DNA of 38,157 bases, taken from positions 1-38,157 of IMG/VR virus record IMGVR_UViG_3300043775_002644; one strand, 5' to 3'. This stretch comes from a virus. Taxonomy: Duplodnaviria > Caudoviricetes. Below are positions 16,914-25,768 of this stretch, piece after piece. How positions within the stretch are numbered: position 1 is the first letter of the stretch; each line of letters opens with the position of its first letter. Below the pieces are notes generated by a model. That model searched no databases. It had not been told where the DNA came from and saw nothing but the letters and a program-made list of their open reading frames with translations. The translations under genes and the position numbers were made by a program.

Positions 16914-17643
16914 TATTGATTTTGATTTTGACCAACAAAAAATCAAAGATGAATTATTATCAAACAATGTATTTGAAAAAAGTATGGTGGCTACCACAGA
17001 CTACAATGATAAAGGCCATAGTAGGTGGGACCCAAATGGTGATATTTTTCCTGAAGTTATTTTTGAAAAGAATAAACATATACATCATTACGTACAAGAA
17101 AACGGAGAAAGAAAATTAGTTAAAGGAGAATATAATACTTTTCAAATGTTAAATTTGACTTATTTACCTGAAAAAGAAAAATCTCAAAAAGAATCTTGGG
17201 AAGGCAAATTTGAAAATAACGATAGATTGCCCTTATGGATAAAATATACTTCTCCTTGGTCTTGGCGTGAAGATTTACAAATATCTTATACTAAAAGTAT
17301 TATAGAATCATTACCAATTGAATATCCTTTAACTGTACGTTGTATATTACAAGAACCACCTAGTATTGGTGTTGTACATAAAGATAGTGGCCCCCAAACT
17401 AATAAAATGTTTTATGATAAAGGTTTTTGTTCTATAACATTAAATATAGCCGATGGTGGTGCAAATCTTTGGATACAAGATTATAGAACTGGTAAAAAAT
17501 TTATGATAGATGAAAGTAAACATAAAGCTTGGCATTTTGATGATGCTTGTTTACATTGTACTACTGAAGTTAAAAGTCAAAGAATACAATTAAGAGTTTT
17601 TGCTAAATTAAATAAACCTTATTTAAAACTTTTACATATATAA
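16894..17643 (+). CDS. Fe(II)/2OG-type oxygenase (AspH-like)
   Basis: VRCILQEPPSIGVVHKD (HxD), ITLNIADGG, HFDDACLHCT (distal His), RIQLRV. Paralogous to 19684..20487. Confidence 0.75.
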   Translation: MIPVWASIDFDFDQQKIKDELLSNNVFEKSMVATTDYNDKGHSRWDPNGDIFPEVIFEKNKHIHHYVQENGERKLVKGEYNTFQMLNLTYLPEKEKSQKESWEGKFENNDRLPLWIKYTSPWSWREDLQISYTKSIIESLPIEYPLTVRCILQEPPSIGVVHKDSGPQTNKMFYDKGFCSITLNIADGGANLWIQDYRTGKKFMIDESKHKAWHFDDACLHCTTEVKSQRIQLRVFAKLNKPYLKLLHI

Positions 17644-18219
17644 AGCGTACTTTTCGTAAAGCTTTAAATTATTTTCTATATTTTTTAAATGTTTTTCTTT
17701 ATTAACATTACCTCTTACATATATTGTAATTCTTTCACTGATATTATCAAAAGATAAAACTCTATGTAATAGTTTAGTTGTATTCATTAAATAACAATAT
17801 GTATTTTCAGGCAAATTAGCTGTTACCCATTGTTCTTTAATAAAAAATTGTAAAAAAGTATTTTTGTTTAACAAAACAAATCTATATCCACAAGGTTCAT
17901 TTTTTACAAAATCTTCGTATATGTTTAAAGGACAATCAGGCGTTGTTATATCCAAATGTTTTAAAACCGGATGTAATTGTTTTGTTATTCTTACACTAGA
18001 TAAATTATCGTAGGGTAATTGTTCTACTAATTTTTTAACGAAATCGTATTCTGTATTTAAATCTGTACGCCAAGATTTTACATCATAATTTGATTTGTTA
18101 TTTTCGTCTAGTAATTGTTTATAGTTCCAAAAATGAAATTTATTAGGAAAATCTTCTATAATATTAAAATCATTAAAAAAATCTACTTTAATAGGTAAAA
18201 AAGCCAGATTAGAATACAT
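17632..18219 (-). CDS. Fe(II)/2OG-type oxygenase-like protein
   Basis: VLKHLD (HxD), EPCGYRFVL, YLMNTTKLLHRV (distal His), RITIYVRG. Confidence 0.7.
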   Translation of the reverse strand: MYSNLAFLPIKVDFFNDFNIIEDFPNKFHFWNYKQLLDENNKSNYDVKSWRTDLNTEYDFVKKLVEQLPYDNLSSVRITKQLHPVLKHLDITTPDCPLNIYEDFVKNEPCGYRFVLLNKNTFLQFFIKEQWVTANLPENTYCYLMNTTKLLHRVLSFDNISERITIYVRGNVNKEKHLKNIENNLKLYEKYALYM

Positions 18220-18225
18220 ATCGTA

Positions 18226-18990
18226 TTACTTTTTAACTAGATTAATAATACTACCTGTTAAATCAAACTCCCACCATCTTCTTTTAAATGAAGCACGGCC
18301 TGGTGTAGCGTGATGATTATTATGCCAGCCTTCTCCAAATGTAATTAAAGCTAGTAGAGCATTGTTTACTGAATCATCTTTTAGATTATAATTTCTATAA
18401 CCAAAAGGCACCCATTGAGCGTGGTTTACATAGTTGCTTAATACACTAGACCATACTTGACATACTATAGGCATAGAAAATAGAAATACAAAACCTGCAA
18501 TACCAAATAGAGTAGTAAGAATTAATGCCCATACTGTAAGTATTAAAAAGTAATATTGGTGTAAGAATAGATGAAATTTATTTACTAATAAATCTCTTAC
18601 GGCCCATTTATTCCAAGTAAAATTGTAATTAGGAAATAAAACTTTCCAACCTTGATGTCTAGGGCTATGAGGATCTTCTATTGTATCACTATGTGAATGA
18701 TGATGTCTATGAACGGCCACCCAGCCTATAGTAGAACCTGTTCCTCCCATAGAACCAAAAAAACTAAAAAGATATTCTAATGATTTAGACATTTTAAAAC
18801 TATGATGTGTTAAGTATCTATGAAACGTAACTGTAATGCCTAAACAACCTGTAATAAAATAACTTATAATACCAGCGAGCCACCATTTCCAACTAAAATC
18901 TCCAAGTATAATTGCCAATATCATTACAATAGTTAAAGTAATTTGTATTGGTATAAAATAACCGGTGTTGGAACGAAATATATTTTTCAT
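18226..18990 (-). CDS. desC: Membrane fatty-acid desaturase, delta-9 acyl-lipid/acyl-CoA type
   Basis: Three His boxes HRYLTH, HRHHH(SHSD..DPHSP) and GEGWHNNHH; transmembrane segments; C-terminal WWEFD. Confidence 0.92.
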   Translation of the reverse strand: MKNIFRSNTGYFIPIQITLTIVMILAIILGDFSWKWWLAGIISYFITGCLGITVTFHRYLTHHSFKMSKSLEYLFSFFGSMGGTGSTIGWVAVHRHHHSHSDTIEDPHSPRHQGWKVLFPNYNFTWNKWAVRDLLVNKFHLFLHQYYFLILTVWALILTTLFGIAGFVFLFSMPIVCQVWSSVLSNYVNHAQWVPFGYRNYNLKDDSVNNALLALITFGEGWHNNHHATPGRASFKRRWWEFDLTGSIINLVKK

Positions 18991-18998
18991 ATTATTAT

Positions 18999-19697
18999 TT
19001 AGTAGAAAATTGCATATTCTTTATATTTTTCAATACTACGATCAAAAAGTTTAAACAATTTTTCGTAATCATAATCACCTATCAATACACAACTAATTCT
19101 ATTACCAGCTGGTTTAGGATTCTTTTCAACACCGTGAAAAGCATCCATACTATTCAACATCCAAGCACATCTTTGAGTAGGAAATTTGGCATATAACTTT
19201 TCTTTTTGACTATTTTCCCATAAATCATTATATTGGCCTTCGTGCATAGTTTTTAAACGTTCTTTTCTTTGTTCTAAACTTTTCACAAAATATAGTTTTT
19301 CTCCTAAACCATTTTTCAAATAAAATCGCATACCCCACCTTTTATCAGGATCAGTGTGTAAATATACATCTCTACTTTCCTTTTGATTTAGAAAACTAAT
19401 ACTTTTTGCTTGTGTAAAAGGATATTGTTTTATATATTCTACTAACTCCGGAAACTTTTTATCAAAATCACATATCCAAGGATTTGGTTTATCATAAGTG
19501 TTCCACCATAACGCCCAACTTACCTGCCAAGGATATTCTTGTTTACCATCAGCTACGGCCGCTGTCTTGTTATGTTTTTTATTATATTCTAATTGTTCTA
19601 AATGCCATTCATTAAACTTATTATAATCTACATCTGGTGGTGTAGGCAAATCTAAAGGACAAAATAATAATTTTTTATAATAATCAGTTTTTTTCAT
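18999..19697 (-). CDS. Fe(II)/2OG-type oxygenase-like protein
   Basis: VYLHTD (HxD), GMRFYL, WMLNSMDAFHGV (distal His), RISCVLIG. Confidence 0.72.
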   Translation of the reverse strand: MKKTDYYKKLLFCPLDLPTPPDVDYNKFNEWHLEQLEYNKKHNKTAAVADGKQEYPWQVSWALWWNTYDKPNPWICDFDKKFPELVEYIKQYPFTQAKSISFLNQKESRDVYLHTDPDKRWGMRFYLKNGLGEKLYFVKSLEQRKERLKTMHEGQYNDLWENSQKEKLYAKFPTQRCAWMLNSMDAFHGVEKNPKPAGNRISCVLIGDYDYEKLFKLFDRSIEKYKEYAIFY

Positions 19698-20487
19698 AAT
19701 ATACTAATGTAGAATTATTTATATGCTTCATTAAATCATTTGTAGGACGTCCTGTTATTCGTATTTGGCGACGCCTGTTTTTTGTAATGGGAACTCCGTG
19801 ATAAAAAAAATCATTAAATAGATAAACAGGATAATTAATAGTTTTGAATTTCTCACTCAAATCACTTGTAGTACTATAGTATAAAGGCACTTCGCCATCA
19901 CTTATGTTAATTGTAATTTGAACAAATCCTTGTTTCCATAAGTAGTTGTTTACCATACGTTGTACTTTTAAACTTCTTTGGCTGTCTGGCAAATAATTAC
20001 TATCGTCCCTATGAATTATAGAAAAAGTATCAGGTTGTAAACTAACACATCTTATTCCTATAATAGTACTTAAAGGTAAACTTTTAATATATTTGGTTAT
20101 GTTTAAATTTTCATATTGTGGAAAAAACTTAAACTCTCCGTGTTTGTCTAATACGTAATTGCGAACAGATACACTACCGTTTTTACTATTTTCTTTTAAT
20201 TCTTCATCAGTAGTATCTAAGTAAATTAGTGAAGTACCTTTCCAACTAGGATAACCATTATCAACGACAGCTCCTGTTTCTGTTCTTACATCTGCTTTTA
20301 AATACTTTTGTGGTTCAACCATACCCCAATTTGAATTTGCATTTACCGTTTTAAATAATACGTGTTGGCCGTTACGTATGTTATTACTATTGGGTAAAAT
20401 GTGTTCATCATATTCTTTAATAAAAGAATCTTTATCAAAATCTAAATTGATTAATTCAGCTGACAATAACGAATTAAATTCTATCAA
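19684..20487 (-). CDS. Fe(II)/2OG-type oxygenase (AspH-like)
   Basis: IRCVSLQPDTFSIIHRD, ITINISDG, LFNDFFYHGV, RRQIRITG. Confidence 0.75.
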   Translation of the reverse strand: MIEFNSLLSAELINLDFDKDSFIKEYDEHILPNSNNIRNGQHVLFKTVNANSNWGMVEPQKYLKADVRTETGAVVDNGYPSWKGTSLIYLDTTDEELKENSKNGSVSVRNYVLDKHGEFKFFPQYENLNITKYIKSLPLSTIIGIRCVSLQPDTFSIIHRDDSNYLPDSQRSLKVQRMVNNYLWKQGFVQITINISDGEVPLYYSTTSDLSEKFKTINYPVYLFNDFFYHGVPITKNRRRQIRITGRPTNDLMKHINNSTLVYYEKN

Positions 20488-21313
20488 GTGGTAATCCAGT
20501 TTCGTGATTTAAATTAAATGAACCTGTTATTCTTTGAGGTATAATTTCGTCCGCAATTATAGGGCCATTATATTCATCAATGGCCTTTTCTAAAATAGGG
20601 TTAAGTTTTTCATCATCAATATTTGCATATAACATAATATGTTCTCTTGTTGTTGTACCACTATTAAATACATTATGATAATAATGGCCATTTAAAATCC
20701 ATACTTCGCCTAGACCATAATGTTGTTTGTATATTTCAAAAGGATGACCTCCCATTGGATGTTGATTTGAAACTCCCATCCAACACTTATCATTTGTTTT
20801 TAAAACAATGTGTATGATTAATGTTTTTTCATACTTACCTGTTTTATTTGTAAATCTCTTATCTGCTGTTGCTGCTTCAGCTAAAACTTTATGACTATGC
20901 CAATGAAAGTTGCCATTCACAACTAATCTACTTAATCTTGTTCTTTGAGGTCTTTTTGCAACATCATAACAATACTTAGTCATATGAGGACATAATTTAC
21001 CGACATTTGTAGGTTGAAAAATCACCTTATCATCTTTAAAATTATGTTTTAATACATCAGCATTTACTTTACTTGTATAGTAATCATTATGTTGTCGGCC
21101 ATCTTCTGTTGAGTCAATTAAACACATACCTTTCCAATTTTTACCTAAAAATTCTAAGAATTGTTTGTTCTTTGTGGCAGTTTTATATGGGAAGTAGTCG
21201 GTGTCGTTAAATTGGTTTAAATCTTTTAACATATCCTCCAATGGCACCTTTGGTAAATAAGGTGTCAAATTCAAGTGAGGAATTTGTATCAATTTTGAGT
21301 ATATGCTTGACAT
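20474..21313 (-). CDS. Aspartyl/asparaginyl beta-hydroxylase-like oxygenase
   Basis: WKGMCL, RTRLSRL..NGNFHWHSH, IHIVLKTN, GEVWILNGHYYHNVFNSGTTTREHI: the AspH/LpxO-type pattern. Confidence 0.82.
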   Translation of the reverse strand: MSSIYSKLIQIPHLNLTPYLPKVPLEDMLKDLNQFNDTDYFPYKTATKNKQFLEFLGKNWKGMCLIDSTEDGRQHNDYYTSKVNADVLKHNFKDDKVIFQPTNVGKLCPHMTKYCYDVAKRPQRTRLSRLVVNGNFHWHSHKVLAEAATADKRFTNKTGKYEKTLIIHIVLKTNDKCWMGVSNQHPMGGHPFEIYKQHYGLGEVWILNGHYYHNVFNSGTTTREHIMLYANIDDEKLNPILEKAIDEYNGPIIADEIIPQRITGSFNLNHETGLPLDRI

Positions 21314-21318
21314 AGTAT

Positions 21319-21343
21319 TATAAATAATATATACTTATTTATA
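21319..21343. promoter_or_regulatory. Crossed pair of divergent late promoters
   Basis: Plus-strand TATAAATA at 21319-21326 (16 nt before ATG 21343) and minus-strand TATAAATA at 21336-21343 (22 nt before ATG 21313), spanning the 29-nt intergenic gap. Confidence 0.85.
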
Positions 21344-22014
21344 TGATTACTAGGCGATTAAATTTAGGTGATTTTGAACAAATTGATGAGTTGATTACCG
21401 CAAGGTGGAGTCAAGTCAAAAAAAGAAGGCCCTCACAACACGATCAAACATTAAAAAATAGAATTAAAAACTATCTACAGTTATCAGAAAATTTTAAAAA
21501 TCTGGAAGACGTTCAAGGTTTTGTTCAAGTCTTAGGTTCATTTGATGACAATGGACGTATTGTGTCATTTTTAACTCAAAATTTTTGGAAAAAATATCCT
21601 ATTCATTATATATCAAATATGACTGTAAGGCCAAACATTAGTAATCTTTATAATGTAAAATTAATGGGACTAGCCGAGTGTATAGATAATGCCGTCAAAT
21701 TTGCGGAAAGTAAAAATTGTTTTCAATGGTATTGGGTTACTGAAGTGAAAGGTTGGAATAAAAGAGAAGAAGAATGGTTTAAAAATAGTTCAGCTTTTAG
21801 AAGATACCATATTTTTATAGACAGTATGTATAATAAAGGAGAAATAGGCAAGTATAACTATCAAAACAATATGTTAGGCGAATATGGTTCTAATTCTTCA
21901 ATAGCAATTAAATATGCAATATTAAAACCTAAATTATTACATAATATATTTAAAGAAAAAGGTTATCTAAAAGATAACTTTATACCTATGCAATACAGTA
22001 ATTTAGATGAGTAA
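21343..22014 (+). CDS. GNAT-fold protein
   Basis: ITRRLNLGDFEQIDEL N-terminus, VLGSFDDNGRIVSF, YISNMTVRP, CIDNAVKFAESKN. Confidence 0.62.
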   Translation: MITRRLNLGDFEQIDELITARWSQVKKRRPSQHDQTLKNRIKNYLQLSENFKNLEDVQGFVQVLGSFDDNGRIVSFLTQNFWKKYPIHYISNMTVRPNISNLYNVKLMGLAECIDNAVKFAESKNCFQWYWVTEVKGWNKREEEWFKNSSAFRRYHIFIDSMYNKGEIGKYNYQNNMLGEYGSNSSIAIKYAILKPKLLHNIFKEKGYLKDNFIPMQYSNLDE

Positions 22015-22534
22015 TAAAATTGAATATAAAATTGTAGAAAATTTTAGTGAAATATTTGAAGCTTTAAAAGATGAAGAAAATATGATAGTTGATAAAAATT
22101 ATTATGAAACTTTATATAAAGACATTTCAAAAGGTGAACACAAACATTTTGGTGCTTACGAAAATAATAAATTAGTAGGAACAAGTTCAATGATTAAGTT
22201 TTTTGATAGTAAAAAAAATACCGATAAAATATATCATTTGTGGTCTTGGACAAATAAAGAATATAGAAATAGAAGTATATGGTTATATCTGATGAAAATG
22301 AAAGCAGACTATATTACAGAAAATAAATGGTGTGACGATAATATGACAAATTGGGTTGCAGTATCTCACAGTGATAATAGATATAAAAATTTAGGTTGGA
22401 CATATGCTTATGATGTAACTAATGAATTTGAAGGCAAAACAATATCTAAAAAAATTTGGTATGTATTATGGAAAAATTATAAAAATATATCTGTATATAT
22501 AATAGATTATAAATTGAAATCAATAAAGAAATAA
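22007..22534 (+). CDS. GNAT family N-acyltransferase
   Basis: HFGAYENNKLVG, WTNKEYRNRSI (motif A), YKNLGW (motif B). Confidence 0.8.
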   Translation: MSNKIEYKIVENFSEIFEALKDEENMIVDKNYYETLYKDISKGEHKHFGAYENNKLVGTSSMIKFFDSKKNTDKIYHLWSWTNKEYRNRSIWLYLMKMKADYITENKWCDDNMTNWVAVSHSDNRYKNLGWTYAYDVTNEFEGKTISKKIWYVLWKNYKNISVYIIDYKLKSIKK

Positions 22535-22535
22535 T

Positions 22536-23582
22536 ATGTTTGAATATACTTTAAATAATCACTTTAAATTTGGTTATAATAAAAATTGGTTTGTGGATAG
22601 AGTTACTGAAGATGATAACTGGACAGTACAATATGGTCAGTGTGAAAGGCCCTTAAAAGACTGGAGAGAAGAATGTAAATTTGCGGCCAGTGCTATATAC
22701 GACAAAAGACAAGGATTACCTATTGACATATTGTTTTCAGGTGGATTAGATAGTGAAATAATGTTACGATCTTTTTATGAGATTAAAGTTCCTTTTAATG
22801 CACATTTTGTAGATTACGAAACCTATAATAGATACGACAGAAGATGGGCCGAAAAAGTATGTGATTCATTAAATATAAAATTAAATATACATACGCTTGA
22901 TATTAAAAAGTTTTGGCTTTCAGAAGATTGTTTAAAAATTGCAGAAATAAGTAAATGCGTAAGTCCACAATTATTAACACAACAATGGTTAATGAGTAAA
23001 GTTGATGGTCTGCCTGTTTTAGGTTCAGGTGAATGTTATACAGCAAGAACAGATATTGCTATACAAAAAAAATTAAGAGAAAGTGGAAAGAATACAGCTG
23101 AATTAGGTTATTCTGATATGGATTGGGTACTTGTTGAAAGAGAAAAGATAGCAACTTGGTATCGTTATCCTATAAAATTAAACAGGCCTGCTGTGCCTGG
23201 TTTTTTCCAATATACACCTGAAATGATGTTATCTTTTTTAGATGATTCATTTTCTTGGGAACTACATAATAATAAAAGAAAAGGTAAGCTAAGTAATTCA
23301 ACAAGCAAGTTTAATATATGCAGTAAGTATTGGCCAGAAGTTAAAAAAAGAATTAAAAGGTCAGGTTTTGAAGATTTAAGAGATGAAGATTACACATTAA
23401 GAAAGCAACTAAATAGTTATTATCAAATGTACCATTATGAGTATTGGTCAGAAGTTAAAAGTTTGATTAAATATTTAAAGAAAGAATTAAATGAAATGCC
23501 AGATAATGTAGCTCCTAAAATGATAGACCCAGCAGACCAAATCACAACTTATTACAAAATTATAGAAGATGAACAATTTTAG
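22536..23582 (+). CDS. PP-loop adenylating enzyme, asparagine synthetase C-domain-like, with no glutaminase domain
   Basis: IDILFSGGLDSE (SGGxDS) at about residue 63-74, VLGSGE, C-terminal KRSGFE. The N-terminus is too short to hold an Ntn glutaminase domain. Confidence 0.75.
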   Translation: MFEYTLNNHFKFGYNKNWFVDRVTEDDNWTVQYGQCERPLKDWREECKFAASAIYDKRQGLPIDILFSGGLDSEIMLRSFYEIKVPFNAHFVDYETYNRYDRRWAEKVCDSLNIKLNIHTLDIKKFWLSEDCLKIAEISKCVSPQLLTQQWLMSKVDGLPVLGSGECYTARTDIAIQKKLRESGKNTAELGYSDMDWVLVEREKIATWYRYPIKLNRPAVPGFFQYTPEMMLSFLDDSFSWELHNNKRKGKLSNSTSKFNICSKYWPEVKKRIKRSGFEDLRDEDYTLRKQLNSYYQMYHYEYWSEVKSLIKYLKKELNEMPDNVAPKMIDPADQITTYYKIIEDEQF

Positions 23583-24159
23583 ATTTTTAAATTTTAACAA
23601 TATATTAAATAAAAAAATATATGACGAAAAGCCTCCTAGAATTTTTTGTGGCTATAGAATTTTACAGAATGCTAGTCAGTATCTAACAGAAGAAGCTTTA
23701 GATGTATTTTCCGACTTAAAAATGGAACCATATATTTTTGTAATGTTTCAAAGTGGTAGAAAAAAGAGAGAAGAAAAAGATTCTTTAATACACTCAGATA
23801 TTTACTATGAAGATGGTAAATGGAAAGACTGGTATTACGGTATTAATTTAGAATTATATCCAGCGGTATCACAGTTTCATTGGTGGAAAAGCAAGATACC
23901 GGAAAAAGTTTATCCTGATATTAGTTTACACAAAATACCAGAATATTATTATTTAAATGGTGTGCATTATAAAAAAGATATGTTAGATTTATTAGAAGTG
24001 GCAGAAATAGACGGCACAAAACCTATTTTAGCAAGAACAGATATACCTCACAGTATACATTATGAAGCTAAACAATTTAAAAGAGTAGCTGCAAGTCTAA
24101 GATTTAAACAAAATAGATTTTCTAGTTGGCAAGAAGCTTACGAAACAATTAAAATTTAA
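23569..24159 (+). CDS. Fe(II)/2OG-type oxygenase-like protein
   Basis: LIHSD (HxD), YGINLEL, PILARTDIPHSI (distal His), RVAASLRF. Confidence 0.72.
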   Translation: MNNFRFLNFNNILNKKIYDEKPPRIFCGYRILQNASQYLTEEALDVFSDLKMEPYIFVMFQSGRKKREEKDSLIHSDIYYEDGKWKDWYYGINLELYPAVSQFHWWKSKIPEKVYPDISLHKIPEYYYLNGVHYKKDMLDLLEVAEIDGTKPILARTDIPHSIHYEAKQFKRVAASLRFKQNRFSSWQEAYETIKI

Positions 24160-24841
24160 CGTAATCTGGCCATTCGTGTGGTTTATTTACAGCATTAGTA
24201 AAGTGTACTAATTTTATATCAGGATGAAAAGCACCACCAAAGTATATGTATTTGTTGTTTGTTAATGATTGATATTTTAAACTTGTTTTAAACTGCCACT
24301 GTTCATAATCTTTGCCAGCTATTGCATTACTATTAGAACACCATCTAGTTACCCAACTGTTAGGTATAGTTTTTAATTTTAATCTTTCTTTTACACTATC
24401 TTCTACAAAGTGTTGTTCGCCATTTACTGGTCCTGTTGTAGTACCATTCTTTATATAAAAACTTTGCCAATGGTCAACGTCAGACATAAACTTATCGTAA
24501 ATGTATTTACAGTCTTTAGGATAATACTTAAAAAACCCACCGTTTATAACATATGATTGATCTTCTCTCCACCAGCCAGGCATAGCCAAAAACTCACCAC
24601 GTTCAATAGGATATTCAAATAATTTTTTATAATCGTTTACTAATAGTATGTCAATATCAATGATACAAATAGGTTCATTCAAATCTAAACTCATTACGTG
24701 CATTTTATTCCACTGTAATTGAATTTTAGAATTAATAGGTTCTCGTATCCAATTTAAATCGTATTCTGGTAATTTTCTTTTGAGATAATCTTCGTATTCT
24801 GGCCCGTACTTGTTGCCAATTCTAACAGCAAATATTTTCAT
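24149..24841 (-). CDS. GT-A glycosyltransferase-like protein
   Basis: VRIGNKYGPEYE, WNKM, IIDIDI (DxD), INGGF, GEQHFV, LVHFT..KPHE. Confidence 0.78.
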   Translation of the reverse strand: MKIFAVRIGNKYGPEYEDYLKRKLPEYDLNWIREPINSKIQLQWNKMHVMSLDLNEPICIIDIDILLVNDYKKLFEYPIERGEFLAMPGWWREDQSYVINGGFFKYYPKDCKYIYDKFMSDVDHWQSFYIKNGTTTGPVNGEQHFVEDSVKERLKLKTIPNSWVTRWCSNSNAIAGKDYEQWQFKTSLKYQSLTNNKYIYFGGAFHPDIKLVHFTNAVNKPHEWPDYVKF

Positions 24842-24858
24842 TTATAATATAATTCAAT

Positions 24859-25755
24859 TTATTTAGTCTGCCACTTTACATATTCATCTACACTAGCTTT
24901 GTTTTTATCACAATAATATGCCACACGATAATCTTTATATCCAATTCCTAAAAGAAATATATGGCCTGAAATATAATCTTTATCCAATACATCTTCAAAT
25001 ATTTTTGTATAAAGAAAAGGTTTCATTGTAAAACATCTACAAAAACTGGCGTAGAGTCCTCTATAAGCAGATAATAGAGTAATACCATACGCTTGCATAC
25101 CAGCAGGTAGAAACCATCTACATTGTGCATTTTCTCCTTCATTATTTTCCCAAACCCAAGGCATATAACCTCGTTCTTTTTGAGTTTCAGTAGGTTCTCT
25201 ATGTCTTTGTGTAAAGGCTAATAAGTATGGAGCTCTAACTTGTTCATTAAAGTTTAAACCATATTCATTTCTCCATTTTTGCATTTTTTCATTATTGCCT
25301 TTTATAGTTAAATCTCTCCACTCATCATATCTAGTTTTAAGAGCATTATAATTTCCATAAAATTTTCCACCACCCTTTAAATAGTGGTCTCTGGCAGGCC
25401 CACACACGGTAGACAATACAAGTGTTTCTTTTTCTTTATGAAATTCTGGTCCCCAAACTTTAATGTTTATTGCAATTAAATTATTTTTATGAGGTACGTA
25501 TAAATGAGATTCTTTTATTATTTGCTCTATTGTTTCTTTTGATGGTATTTTTTCTTGGTCAAAAAATTTAATATTGTGTCTAAATTGCATAGCACCTATT
25601 AAATCTTTGTTATCTACTAATTCATCTTCTTTTATTTTGTAACCGACTCTTAAAATAGGATCTTTAATATGAGTATATTGTTCATTTGCTCTTACGCCAC
25701 TATCATCTAATCCTATCCACCACTCTTGATTACCTTTTTTAAACGTGTTTAACAT
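24859..25755 (-). CDS. Nitroreductase-family flavoprotein
   Basis: FRHNIKFFDQEKIPSKETIEQII..VPHKNN (FMN-binding RxxxR/K-like region), APYLLAF, AGMQAYGITLLSAYRGLYASFCRC, LLGIGY. Confidence 0.75.
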   Translation of the reverse strand: MLNTFKKGNQEWWIGLDDSGVRANEQYTHIKDPILRVGYKIKEDELVDNKDLIGAMQFRHNIKFFDQEKIPSKETIEQIIKESHLYVPHKNNLIAINIKVWGPEFHKEKETLVLSTVCGPARDHYLKGGGKFYGNYNALKTRYDEWRDLTIKGNNEKMQKWRNEYGLNFNEQVRAPYLLAFTQRHREPTETQKERGYMPWVWENNEGENAQCRWFLPAGMQAYGITLLSAYRGLYASFCRCFTMKPFLYTKIFEDVLDKDYISGHIFLLGIGYKDYRVAYYCDKNKASVDEYVKWQTK

Positions 25756-25760
25756 AATAG

Positions 25761-25768
25761 TATTTATA
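25761..25768 (-). promoter_or_regulatory. T4-type late promoter TATAAATA(CTATT)
   Basis: TATAAATActattATG: exact motif only 5 nt before the start codon at 25755. Confidence 0.78.

Noticed and set aside
17632-17643. Intrinsic terminators at the convergent junctions (also 24149-24159)
   Set aside because: The convergent ORFs overlap by 11-12 nt and I found no GC-rich hairpin with a U-tract.
22536-23582. Lasso-peptide cyclase or QueC assignment
   Set aside because: No precursor peptide, transglutaminase-like protease or RRE gene nearby, and no QueC zinc-binding Cys cluster; only the general PP-loop call is supported.
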